Below, one piece after another: positions 47,001-60,172 of a stretch of DNA of 64,000 bases. Made by a program: the position numbers and the translations under genes. The DNA is from Auanema rhodensis (Eukaryota; Animalia; Nematoda), in the NCBI GenBank assembly GCA_964057225.1, contig OZ059895.1:12152001-12216000 (forward strand). The letters are read 5' to 3'. The notes below the pieces were generated by a model. That model searched no databases. It was not told the DNA's origin and worked only from the letters and a program-made list of their open reading frames with translations. The first letter of the stretch is position 1. Each line of letters begins with the position of its first letter.

Positions 47001-50000
47001 ATACCACGTTGAAAGTACGCCATCCCGTCCGATCTGGCAAGTCAAGCAACGTTGGGCCCTGTTAGTACTTGGATCGGAGACGGCTTGGGAATCCCGGGTG
47101 CCGTAAGCTTTTCAAATTTTTTTAACGATCATGCCACGTTGAAAGAACGCCATGCAGCTGATTTTCAATTTTATCTCTTCCGTAACAAATGTTTTTAATT
47201 TTCCAGCAGTTTTACTTAGATAGCTCAACCCAAGGCATCAAAATATCTTCAATCTTATTTCTATATTACAGTTATAAACCAGTAGTTTATGAACCTTAAT
47301 CTTAACTTTACTGTTTCTTTCTATTTCCTATTGAAACAAACAATGTTTTAACACTATACAACTGTGAAACCTTTTTTAATTTATTGTGTTTGGAGCTCAT
47401 AAGATTCAATATCATCGAGGGATTTAGATGTAACGTAGAAAATTACATAACTAACATGAAATTGGAAAAAAAACAATAACGAGGATAAGTATGTAAATCA
47501 TTGAATATCAGATATTTCCGCTTACGACCATACCACGTTGAAAGTACGCCATGCAGCTGATTTTCAATTTTATCTCTTCCGTAACAAATGTTTTCAATTT
47601 TCCAGCAGTTTTACTTAGATAGCTCAACCCAACGCATCAAAATATCTTCAATCTTATTTCTTTATTACAGTTAAAAACCAGTAGTTTATGAACCTTCATC
47701 TTAACTTCACTGTTTCTATCTATTTCCTATTAAAACAAACGTTGTTTAAACACTATAGAACTGTGAAACCTTTTTTAATTTATTGTATTTGGAGCTCATA
47801 AGATTCAATATCATCGAGGGATTTAGATGTAACATAGAAAATTACATAACTAACATGAAATTGGAAAAAAAAACAATAACGAGGATAAGTATGTAAATCA
47901 TTGAATATCAGATATTTTCGCTTACGACCATACCACGTTGAAAGTACGCCATCCCGTCCGATCTGGCAAGTCAAGCAACGTTTGGGCCCGGTCAGTACTT
48001 GGATCGGAGACGGCTTGGGAATCCCGGGTGCCGTAAGCTTTTCAATTTTTTTTAACGATCATACCACGTTGAGAGTACGCCATGCAGCTGATTTTCAATT
48101 TTATCTCTTCCGTAACAAATGTTTTTAATTTTCCAGCAGTTTTACTTAGATAGCTCAACCCAAGGCATCAAAATATCTTCAATCTTATTTCTATATTACA
48201 GTTATAAACCAGTAGTTTATGAACCTTAATCTTAACTTTACTGTTTCTATCTATTTCCTATTAAAACAAACGTTGTTTAAACACTATACAACTGTGAAAC
48301 CTTTTTTAATTTATTTTAATTGGAAAAAAAACAATAACGAGGATAAGTATGTAAATCATTGAATATCAGGTATTTTCGCTTACGACCATACCACGTTGAA
48401 AGTACGCCATGCAGCTGATTTTCAATTTTATCTCTTCCGTAACAAATGTTTTCAATTTTCCAGCAGTTTTACTTAGATAGCTCAACCCAAGGCATCAAAA
48501 TATCTTCAATCTTATTTCTTTATTACAGTTAAAAACCAGTAGTTTATGAACCTTCATCTTAACTTCACTGTTTCTATCTATTTCCTATTAAAACAAACGT
48601 TGTTTAAACACTATACAACTGTGAAACCTTTTTCAATTTATTGTATTTGGAGCTCATAAGATTCAATATCATCGAGGGATTTAGATGTAACGTGGAAAAT
48701 TACATAACTAACATGAAATTGGAAAAAAACAATAACGAGGATAAGTATGTAAATCATTGAATATCAGATATTTTCGCTTACGACCATACCACGTTGAAAG
48801 TACGCCATCCCGTCCGATCTGGCAAGTCAAGCAACGTTGGGCCCTGTTAGTACTTGGATCGGAGACGGCTTGGGAATCCCGGGTGCCGTAAGCTTTTCAA
48901 ATTTTTTTAACGATCATGCCACGTTGAAAGAACGCCATGCAGCTGATTTTCAATTTTATCTCTTCCGTAACAAATGTTTTTAATTTTCCAGCAGTTTTAC
49001 TTAGATAGCTCAACCCAAGGCATCAAAATATCTTCAATCTTATTTCTATATTACAGTTATAAACCAGTAGTTTATGAACCTTAATCTTAACTTTACTGTT
49101 TCTATCTATTTCCTATTGAAACAAACAATGTTTTAACACTATACAACTGTGAAACCTTTTTTAATTTATTGTGTTTGGAGCTCATAAGATTCAATATCAT
49201 CGAGGGATTTAGATGTAACGTAGAAAATTACATAACTAACATGAAATTGGAAAAAAAACAATAACGAGGATAAGTATGTAAATCATTGAATATCAGATAT
49301 TTCCGCTTACGACCATACCACGTTGAAAGTACGCCATGCAGCTGATTTTCAATTTTATCTCTTCCGTAACAAATGTTTTCAATTTTCCAGCAGTTTTACT
49401 TAGATAGCTCAACCCAACGCATCAAAATATCTTCAATCTTATTTCTTTATTACAGTTAAAAACCAGTAGTTTATGAACCTTCATCTTAACTTCACTGTTT
49501 CTATCTATTTCCTATTGAAACAAACGTTGTTTAAACACTATAGAACTGTGAAACCTTTTTTAATTTATTGTATTTGGAGCTCATAAGATTTGATATCATC
49601 GAGGGATTTAGATGTAACGTAGAAAATTACATAACTAACATGAAATTGGAAAAAAAACAATAACGAGGATAAGTATGTAAATCATTGAATATCAGATATT
49701 TCCGCTTACGACCATACCACGTTGAAAGTACGCCATGCAGCTGATTTTCAATTTTATCTCTTCCGTAACAAATGTTTTTAATTTTCCAGCAGTTTTACTT
49801 AGATAGCTAAACCGAAGGCATCAAAATATCTTCAATCTTATTTCTATATTACAGTTATAAACCAGTAGTTCATGAACCTTCATCTTAACTTTACTGTTTC
49901 TATCTATTTCCTATTGAAACAAACAATGTTTTAACACTATACAACTGTGAAACCTTTTTTAATTTATTGTATTTGGAGCTCATAAGATTCAATATCATTG

Positions 50001-50959
50001 AGGGATTTAGATGTAACATAGAAATTTACATAACTAACATGAAATTGGAAAAAAAAACAATAACGAGGATAAGTATGTAAATCATTGAATATCAGATATT
50101 TTCGCTTACGACCATACCACGTTGAAAGTACGCCATCCCGTCCGATCTGGCAAGTCAAGCAACGTTTGGGCCCGGTCAGTACTTGGATCGGAGACGGCTT
50201 GGGAATCCCGGGTGCCGTAAGCTTTTCATTTTTTTTTAACGATCATACCACGTTGAGAGTACGCCATGCAGCTGATTTTCAATTTTATCTCTTCCGTAAC
50301 AAATGTTTTTAATTTTCCAGCAGTTTTACTTAGATAGCTCAACCCAAGGCATCAAAATATCTTCAATCTTATTTCTATATTACAGTTATAAACCAGTAGT
50401 TTATGAACCTTAATCTTAACTTTACTGTTTCTATCTATTTCCTATTAAAACAAACGTTGTTTAAACACTATACAACTGTGAAACCTTTTTTAATTTATTT
50501 TAATTGGAAAAAAAACAATAACGAGGATAAGTATGTAAATCATTGAATATCAGGTATTTTCGCTTACGACCATACCACGTTGAAAGTACGCCATGCAGCT
50601 GATTTTCAATTTTATCTCTTCCGTAACAAATGTTTTCAATTTTCCAGCAGTTTTACTTAGATAGCTCAACCCAAGGCATCAAAATATCTTCAATCTTATT
50701 TCTTTATTACAGTTAAAAACCAGTAGTTTATGAACCTTCATCTTAACTTCACTGTTTCTATCTATTTCCTATTAAAACAAACGTTGTTTAAACACTATAC
50801 AACTGTGAAACCTTTTTTAATATATTGTATTTGGAGCTCATAAGATTCAATATCATCGAGGGATTTAGATGTAACGTGGAAAATTACATAACTAACATGA
50901 AATTGGAAAAAAACAATAACGAGGATAAGTATGTAAATCATTGAATATCAGATATTTTC

Positions 50960-51027
50960 GCTTACGACCATACCACGTTGAAAGTACGCCATCCCGTCCG
51001 ATCTGGCAAGTCAAGCAACGTTAGGCC
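50960..51027 (+). pseudogene. 5' half (nt 1-68, G64A) of the 5S gene interrupted by element C
   Basis: ...GTCAAGCAACGTTAGGCC directly followed by LTR start TGTCACGG. Confidence 0.93.
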
Positions 51028-51196
51028 TGTCACGGTCAACGTGAAAATACGAACTTTATTGTGTTAACGTTTTGTTTGTATTTTTTGTATTAACTTCACC
51101 CCCTTTAACCATCTGGTGCCTCCCTATAAAAGGGAGAACCAAATGGTTAAAATTTTCATGTCTCACCAATTTTGTATTGATTTTAGAATTTTCTTT
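51028..51196 (+). repeat. Partial 5' LTR of element C (U3, TATA, start of R)
   Basis: Starts TGTCACGGTCAACGTGAAA like the B LTR (TGTCACGGTCGACGTGAAA); shares the TATA hairpin and CATGTCTCACCAATTTTGTATTGATTTTAG. Confidence 0.9.
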
Positions 51197-54100
51197 CAAG
51201 TTGATATTCTTAAAAAATCTTATTGATAAAAATAAAGAAAAAATCAAAGATATGGAAATACAACTTGAATTACAACAATTTCGGGAAAGAGTTGAATATA
51301 CAGAAGAAAAAGAATATGAAAATTGTACAAACGAGGTACAAGAAAAACAAAACAGTTTACCCGATCAGGTAGTGCATGATCAGCATGTTAATGAAGTAAG
51401 ACTGATTAACCAAATACTGCAAAGACCCATATCAAAAACTCCAACCTTTGACGGTACTCCGGAAAAATTCCCTTTATTCTGGGATAGATTCATGAGAATG
51501 ATTGATAACAATGAATCTTTCTCTATAAGTGAAAAAGTGAACTTCCTATGTGAGTCCTTATCAGGTGAAGCCGAATATCTTCTTAGGGGAATTCCCGGTA
51601 CCGAAGGAAACTATGAGTTTATGAAAAATTGTTTGAAGGAAGAATATTCCTCATACGCTGTTGATAGAGCAACGCTGATCAACAAGTTGAATAAGGTGCC
51701 AAAAGCTTCAAGACAAGCCGATAGTTGTGCTCAAACGCTAAGAGAGATAAAAGCTCTGCTGCGACAGATTCAAGCGGCGGAAGGATCTTTAACCAAAGAG
51801 CTTTATGTTGCTACCGTACTCAATAAATTCCCATTTGAAATAATCAAAGATATTCACATCAAACAAAATTTTGAATGGTCCCACGAGAAAATCATTGAAC
51901 ATATTTCGGCGCAAGTAAAACTATTACAGATGACTGAAAACACTGAATCACTGTATCTCAGTAACAATGAAAAAAGTAAAAATCCAGATGGTGATCAAAC
52001 TAAAAAACAATTTCGATTGAATGAAGTTAAAGATTTGAAACAAAGAAGGAATTGCGTTTTTTGCGCGAATAATTCACACAATAGCCATATGTGTCCTGTT
52101 GAAACAACGGAAAAAAGGAAAATTTTAAGAGAAAAAAGGCTATGTTATGTATGCTTTGCAGACAATCATCAAAGCAAAAACTGCACATGGCCAAAGTTTG
52201 AATGCAACAGCTGTCATGATGATCACAACATTTCAGTTTGTTACCAAAATAAAAGAAATCAGAATAGAAATGGAGTCATCACCAACATTTCTTTACAAAG
52301 GGGTAATGATGAAGAAAAGACTAGAAATAATCAAACAATCGTTCCCAAGAAAGCACATGAAGAACCCACAAGTTTAACCACAATTGTTGGTAATCATGAC
52401 GTAGAAAAAGGACAAATAATTTTACGAACAGCAAAAGCAAATTTGTTCAATTACAATAGCGATAGCTATGAAAAAGTTAACATTATTTTCGATGATTGTT
52501 CTCAACGTTCTTTTATCAGAGAAGATCTAGCAAAAAGGATGAAACTACCAGTTAAATCCAAACAAAGAAAAACATTTCATGGTATTGGAGGAATGAAACA
52601 TTCTCATGTTTCAAGTATAGTTAACACAATATTCTATACTAAAGAGAAAAATTTAATTGTAACTGAAATGCTCACTAAACCGAAAATCAGTTCCCACATA
52701 TATACTCCTTATCTTTCAAGAAAGGATTTGAGTTTCATTAAAGAAAACAATATTATATTAGCCAATACCGATACAAATGGGGAAGTTTTTAAACCGGATG
52801 TTTTGATTGGACAAGATAGATTAAAATTGTTTGTAAAAGACAATGAAGAATTCAGACTTCCCTCTGATCTTTTATGTAAAGGATCTGTATTTGGAACTCT
52901 TATAAATGGAGAAACTAAACTTGAAAAAATTGTAACTCTGTGTAGCATTGAAGAGGAACAAAGTCATGAACCACCTCCAGAAACAAAACTGAAAGAACTT
53001 TTCCTTATCGATACTATTGGAATAAGCACCATCGTAGATAACAATGCAGAAGCAGAGAATTATCTTAAAGAATATAGTAAAGAACTATCCATTAAAGCCG
53101 GGAGAATTGAAGCTCCGTTTCCATTTAAAAATTATTTGAATAAATTGAAAAATAATAAATGGCCAGCTTTTCATAGATTTATGACATTATGGAGAAATCT
53201 ACACTCTAATAAAGAACAACTAGAATGGTATAAAAAATTAATAAATGAATACATTCAAAAGGGAATTATCGAGCCAATTGTTGATGAATCAGCCGAAGAT
53301 GGATTTTTCTTACCACATCATGGAGTGTGGAGAAAAGAAAAAGCTCGACCTTTAAGAATCGTGTTTGATGCTTCAGCAAAACAAAAAAATAGTCCATCGT
53401 TGAACCAAGTTATGCATTCAGGCCAAACATTTATTCACAAAATTCATGATATATTAATAAAATGTAGAAAAAGTCCAATAATAATAACCTGCGACATTGA
53501 GTCAGCATTTTTACAAATAAGCATTAAAGAAGAGCACAGAAAATATTGTAAATTTTTCTGGATTAGAAACGAAAATGAATCGGTAAATAAATATAACGTC
53601 ATGACATACCAATTCAAACGGCTACCATTTGGTATAACAGCGTCCCCGGGTATATTAAGCATGAGCTTAGCTTGGTACCTCAATAATCATACCGACCCTT
53701 ACGCTAGTCACTTGCTCGATTCCTTATATGTTGACAATATAATTTTATATGCAAACAGTGTTGAAGAAGCTAAGATAAAATGCGAAAAAGCCAAGAAAAT
53801 CTTACAAGGCATTTCTATGAATTTAAGAGAATTTATGAGCAACAATCCAAAAGTTACTGAAGATATGAACAATGAAGACAAATACCCACATAATGCTACC
53901 AAAATTTTGGGTTTAAATTATGATACAAAATTAGATTTATTCGTTCTTATACTTAAATTAAAGAAATTTGAAATCAATACGCACAGGAACATGTTAAGTC
54001 AAATACATTCAATATTTGATCCATTAGGTATGGCAAGCCCATTGATTTTACCATTAAAATTATTATTAAAAGAATTATGTGATCAATTCAAGGGTTGGGA

Positions 54101-57100
54101 TGTTGAATTACCCAAAGAAATAACACATAAATGGAATTTAGCCATAAATGAATTATTAAATGAAAAGGAATTGAGACTTGAAAGAAAGTTAAACCTGAAT
54201 GACTCTATATTATGGGTATTTACTGATGCTAGTAAACTAGCCATTGCTGCCTGCACATACATTGAAACCAATGGTAAAATAAGCCAACTTGTAAGCGGAA
54301 AGTCGAAAATTGCAAAAAAGGGAAATCTAACTATCCCAAGACTAGAACTCATTGCCATACTATTAGGTATTATGTTAGCTGATAATATCACATCTACAAC
54401 CAATCATCTTAAAACTGTACACGTAGCCAGTGACAGTAAGGTAGCCTTACATTGGATAGCTAACCATCAGAAAACGTTACCACCATATGTAGGCTGTCGC
54501 GTCGACAATGTAAGGAAGTATATAGATAAATTGAAGGAAAATAACATTAAAATCAAACTTTTTCATGTGAATGGTGATTATAACCCAGCCGATATTGGTT
54601 CTCGAGGAGCTTGTCTCCAAGAACTAAGTGATTCTATGTGGATTAAAGGACCACAATGGTTAACCCAAACAAAGTCACACATTGAAGAAATTGAATATGA
54701 GCCTATTTGGAATATAACAACCTTGATCGATACCGTTGAACAACAACAAATAACACAAATACCAGTTGAAAATATATTTAAATTACGTAGCAACAACTAT
54801 ACCTTACTGAAAACTATAGTTAAATTAAGTAAATTCTTGAGCCATTGGATCATAAAAGTACATCCCACAGCTATAACAAGGTTAAATAAGGTAATGAAAT
54901 TAGATGAAAACTGGCAAACTACAGCTAATGATATTGAGATTATAACCAAACTACTAATAAGTAAAGCACAACAGCATGTAACAATAGATCTCCTCACGAA
55001 AAAACATGAAGATTTTGTATTTTTTCTCGATGAAGAAATAATCAGAGTTCGTAGTAGATTGAACAACTCGGAATTACCGTTTGAAACTCAAAATCCCATA
55101 TATCTTCCAAGGGATTCTCCGTACACAGAACACATAATTATGCATTTACACAGAGAATGCATGCACCAAGGGAGAGATTTTGTTCTAACACTCTTGCGTC
55201 AAAAATACGTTTTAAGTAAACCATCAAGCATAGTCAGATCAGTTCTCAAAACATGCACAATCTGCAATAGATACAACGCTTTCCCGTTTGGAACGTCCTT
55301 AATGCCAGCATTGCCTAAGGATAGAGTAGTTCTAACAAAACCATTCATGAGTACAGGTTGTGACTTATTAGGTCCAATAACCATAAAGGATGGTAAAAAG
55401 ATATTTATATGTCTGTTTACTTGTTTAGCTATAAGAGCTATACACTTAGAAATAGTTTTTGACCAATCAACAAAGGCATTCTTAAACGCTTTCGAAAGGT
55501 TCATTGGAAGAAGAGGTATTCCAGAAATAATACGAAGCGATAATGGAGGAAATTTCTTATTAAGTGCTAAAGTAATAGAATTTTACACAGAAAACCATGA
55601 ATCTAAAAATGAAAAAACATTAACCAATTATCTTGCCGAAAAGAATATTAAATGGTACTTCAACACACCACAGGCTCCATGGAAAAGTGGAACATGGGAA
55701 AGACTAGTAGGACTAACAAAGTTAGCACTATACAAAACAATTGGAAATAGATTAATGTCAATTGATGATATACATACAGTAATTGTAAAAATCGAAACAA
55801 TTTTGAATACTCGCCCGCTTACACATCCGAACCCATCCAACCTGAACATTTTGCCTATCAGACCTTGTGATTTTTTAAACCGTTCCATCAGGTTTACACT
55901 TTCTTCAAACGTATCGAATACCCGAATTTATGATAAAACTATCAATAGCAGGACAATACAAACTATAGAGCAAGCCATTGAAGCAATAGAGTTATCTAAC
56001 GATGTAACTCAATTATTCTGGAAAAAATTCTATTCAGAGTATTTACTGTATCTTAGAGATATTTACAAACACAACAGAAAACAACCTGCAACGAACGCTA
56101 AGAAACCACAAGAAGGCGAAGTTATTATAATACAAAATGAGGATTCAAGTAGAGGTAAATGGAAATAAGGACGCATAATAGAACTGATAAAAAGTGCAGA
56201 TGGGGAAGTTAGATCTGCAAAACTAATAACTGGCACTGGTCTCATAACAACTCGTTCATTAAACCACATATATCCACTAGAAGTGAGAAACGCAGAAACA
56301 GCACCGTTTGCGTCAGAACCTCACTCAATGAGATACAATAAAAAATACCAAGTGAATCCATTTTTAATCACCGGGACGGTAACACAAAAAGGAAATCGGG
56401 TTGAAAATATTGAAATTATTGAAAATACTCAAGAAAGTGAACGAAGTAACAATGTAATACCACTCGAAATCTATACACCCAACATGAATATCATCAACGA
56501 CGCAGGAGACGAAAATGATTCTAATAATACGAACTTAGAACAAGAGGAAGATAAAACAAATGAGATAACTCTTCAAACCGAAAATGAATCCAAACCTTCA
56601 AATCTAAATAGATGGTTCAGAACAAGAACACAGGGTAGTCAAGCAGCGGTAAGAAGTTATTTTAAGAAAAATAAAATGAAAACAAATGTTCCAAAAGTAG
56701 CTCTTCTTGGAATAATTTCAACGATTGAGGCTACATGTCAATCCTCTGAATTGCTTACCGCGGAAGCATTATATTTCCCTCAATGTAATCCATTAACGAC
56801 TTTGATAACATTTTTCATACCAATTATACTATTATTTACTATATTAGCAATTTGTAAAAGAGTATTGAAAGCTCATAAAAATGACCAATATTGGTATAAA
56901 TTTTTAAATGATAATTGGCAAACGATACTAACCGAAGTTAGAAGTGGAAAACCTGATTCAAAAATAATAACAAGTTCAGACGATGTAGTCGTACAAAAGG
57001 AAAACACAGTAACCACGAAGTTTGACAATGTAACTCCAAAATGGAAAAATGATATTCCAGAAACTATTAAAATTCCAAATTACATGAGAACATCATCATT

Positions 57101-58667
57101 CACTTCATTACAATTATCGATAGCACTCATGGTATTATTAATAACAGTGGAATCTTGTTCAAACTCACATATTAAGCATTCAATAAATATAATTTGCATT
57201 AATCGAACAAATTGTTATCAAGAATACGATAATGAAATCATTTTCAATAAAGGCATAAGAGACGCTTGCTTAGAATTCATTTATCAAAATAAATCTATCG
57301 GCAAAATAGAAATAACGAAAAAACCAACAGAAAACATTCGCCAGAAAAGTACGCTATATTATACTCGAGAAAGCACAATTCAATACAAAACTCGATATTC
57401 CTGTTATGGAACAGGATCTTGTAATCACACTTGTGAAGCTATAAATCCTATTGGACAATTACAAGAATTTGATAAAGAAGAAGGACCAACACAAGTTGGT
57501 TGTGCTAGGCGATGTGGCTCTCTTTTCTGCGGATGTTGGTCTCTAGAAGACGGTTGCTCATTCTATCAAACTGAATTTAAACCAATCAATGAAATAGTTT
57601 ATGAAATAGTAGAATGTGATTCTTGGGAAATGAATATACCATTAGAGGTAAAGTATGATCTATTTAAACACAAAGCCAATATTAATATTCTTTCAAAACC
57701 ATACGACACTGTTAATTTTCCAAACTTTAATATAAGCTCAATCTCCCATATTGTACCACCAACCCGATATTTAAACACCAAATATGCATTATCAACCATA
57801 AACAGTTATTACATGGAACCTCATACTATGAGTGAAGTAGCATGCAAAACCAAAGATCAAACTACAAATGAATTTAACTCTTGTAAAATACTGAAGTTAT
57901 GTAACTGTAAAATATCAAAAAGGGAAGAGCTAACATGTACCTGTCCATCTGATAATATTTTCAATCAGGCAAACTTATTACCCATGAACACCCTAATTAC
58001 CATGAAAGAAAACAAATTAACACTTATTCCTCAAACTGATGAATCAACTGTTGTTCTTCAACTACAAGGGAATGTGTCGTCTCGTACCTTCCTGTACGAC
58101 TTTCCTTGTCGACCGGAATTTAAAAAACTTTCCGGGTGTCACAGCTGTAGAAGAACGGCTGTTGCCGAGTTTATGTGTATATCACAAAAGGATTCTTGGA
58201 TCACAATGCAATGTAGTGAGAACATATACATGATTGAATGCGCCCCACACATGCCACTTACTGCTGTGGAATATTACTCAGAACATTCTGAAATCTATGA
58301 AGAATGCTTCGTAACATGTGCTAATGAAAAACACCGCGTGATCATACAAGGAACATTACAATGGGATAGTGAAATCCCAGATGTTGAAAAAACAATCATC
58401 AACATTGTGACAAATGCTAACACCTGGAGAAACATTTTGGATGTAATTAAAACAAATTGGGCATTATCATTATGCTTCCTCCTGATAACTGTTTTTATAC
58501 CAGTATTATCTTATATAATAGGAGTACAAGCAATAATTGTAATCATCATAATCATACAAAAATTAATCGTTCAGATGATAAAAATTGTAATGATCATTAC
58601 ATCATTACTGAGAAAAATGCTCAGGAATCCTAGACACAGAGCTGAGTCTAGCACAAATAAAAATTAA
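51197..58667 (+). pseudogene. gag-pol-env of element C, 5'-deleted and split by a premature stop
   Basis: ORFs 51072-56168 and 56283-58667 are collinear with the B polyprotein; B codon TTA (Leu, GKWKLGR) is TAA here; about the first 117 gag codons are missing. Confidence 0.93.
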
Positions 58668-58782
58668 AACACTAATCTTACTGTAGTAATAAAAAAAAAA
58701 AAAAAAAAACTTTATTAATTAGCTATAAGAACAGTTTAAAAACACAAAAAAAAAAAACAAAAACAAAAACAAAACAAAAACA

Positions 58783-59204
58783 CTATATACTTGAAATATC
58801 TGGATACCCCTCACCATCATCGTCTGACATCTACAACAATACTTACATTAACAGTTAAAATATATAAGCTTACCTCCTCACGTTCGTGGTGGCGGGGGTT
58901 CTTTGCCCTGCAGAATCTGCAGTTGGGAGGCAACGGCATCCTCTGGAACATGTAGATGAGCTGCTCCCGAGTTGGCTCGACTCCATCCTCCGGATAAAGC
59001 TCATCGTCTGTCATCTGCAACAATACTGAGATAAAATAAAATAAATTAATAAATAAATAAATAAAATAAAATAAAAAATAATAAGCTTACCGGGCCCTCC
59101 CGTATGCGATGAGTATCTTGCGCCTTGCATCGTTCGCATAGTTCATATGGACCGAGCTCGTCTTCTCCAATCTCCTCTTCAACCTGATACTGTAATTGTG
59201 ACAT
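58783..59204 (-). CDS. Spliced antisense gene of element C; exons 59204-59091, 59014-58874, 58830-58783; 100 aa
   Basis: MSQLQYQVEEEIGEDELGPYELCERCKAQDTHRIREGP | MTDDELYP...CRFCRAKNPRHHEREE | MSDDDGEGYPDISSI*; GTAAGC donors, TTGCAG and TTGTAG acceptors; minus-strand AATAAA 58711-58716. Confidence 0.8.
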
Positions 59205-59675
59205 CTGCAACAATTACAACTATAAAAATAAAAAATAAAAATAAAAAATTTTTGAATATAAAAAAAAAAAAAAAAAAAAAACAATAGAAAATGTCAAGAG
59301 GGAAGTACAAAAACTTCACGAATACAATAAAAATTAAATTACTAATCACACGTAGTACAATAGTAAAAAATATAAACAAAGCAAAAATAGGTTATAAAAT
59401 AATATAAACAAAGGAAAATCACTACATATAGAAACAAATGCAACAGTTATAAACAAACAAATCTTTTTATCAAGATCTTCAATCTTTGATAACATCAAGT
59501 TTATTTATCCGAATAATATACATAAAAAGTAATCCTTTGTACAGGCTTTTTATACATTGTATCCGTAAACACATACTATTCTACAATAAACTAAGGGACG
59601 TTTATCATAGGTCAACCCACAGATGCGAACAAATATATAAAGAGGGAAACCATTGTTTTTCTCAATTCAGTGCTA

Positions 59676-60137
59676 ATGGATGAAATAACGTCCAATTTAA
59701 GTGAGAACACTTCCTTTGAGGAAGATCTCAAAAATTATTCTCATCTACCCAACACCACTGCCAACCTAAGGCAGCTAATGGTTCTAGAGAAAAGGTTTTA
59801 TGACAACCTCGCCAGCGCTGTCAACCACATTTCCGCGCGCCTGGACAACATCAACAGCACACTGAATCTAAAGCTCGATAATTTGGCTGTTCAGACGGCT
59901 CCTAAAGCCTCCTGCATATTCTGCAACAAGCCTACAGCTGATGGCCATCGTACAGCTGCTTCTCCGATTTACCATTCGTCCCCAGAGCGTACCATACGCT
60001 TACACGAATTGGGACTATGCATAAAATGTTTAAACCCAAAACATTCAGCAATGTGCGAAGTATCCTGCTATAAGTGCAAGGCCGATACTCACCATGGGGT
60101 GGTCTGTGGTGACGTCAAACGTAAAAGATATACATAA
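59676..60137 (+). CDS. Accessory sense ORF of element C: coiled coil plus zinc knuckles plus basic C-terminus (153 aa)
   Basis: CIFC..ADGHR, CIKC..H..C, CYKC..HH..C, ending KRKRYT; AATTCAG 5 nt before the ATG; stop 9 nt before the 3' LTR. Confidence 0.82.
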   Translation: MDEITSNLSENTSFEEDLKNYSHLPNTTANLRQLMVLEKRFYDNLASAVNHISARLDNINSTLNLKLDNLAVQTAPKASCIFCNKPTADGHRTAASPIYHSSPERTIRLHELGLCIKCLNPKHSAMCEVSCYKCKADTHHGVVCGDVKRKRYT

Positions 60138-60146
60138 TGCCGGGAA

Positions 60147-60172
60147 TGTCACGGTCAACGTGAAAATACGAA
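60147..60172 (+). repeat. Remnant 3' LTR of element C (26 bp)
   Basis: TGTCACGGTCAACGTGAAAATACGAA identical to 51028-51053, then joins spacer GATCATACCACG. Confidence 0.92.

Larger units (their letters stand above)
31995..51027 (+). repeat. 5S rDNA array block 2: about 31 truncated units and 12 full-length variant 5S copies
   Basis: Full copies start near 35251, 36179, 37107, 40028, 40957, 41886, 44409, 45338, 46991, 47920, 48776, 50104; the other units carry nt 1-33 only. Confidence 0.93.
51028..60172 (+). mobile_element. Defective relative of element B, element C
   Basis: Polyprotein nearly identical to B. 5' LTR broken at about 51196 and fused into gag; nonsense codon at 56166-56168; 3' LTR reduced to 26 bp; right TSD lost. 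Confidence 0.95.

Noticed and set aside
51072-51196. Hydrophobic N-terminus (MFVFFVLTSPP...) of the 1698-aa ORF as a novel signal peptide
   Set aside because: It is LTR sequence fused in frame to gag by a deletion, with a TTG start.
56166-56168. Programmed stop read-through separating pol and env
   Set aside because: Element B has TTA (Leu) here, inside the conserved GKWKLGR motif; a simple nonsense mutation explains it.
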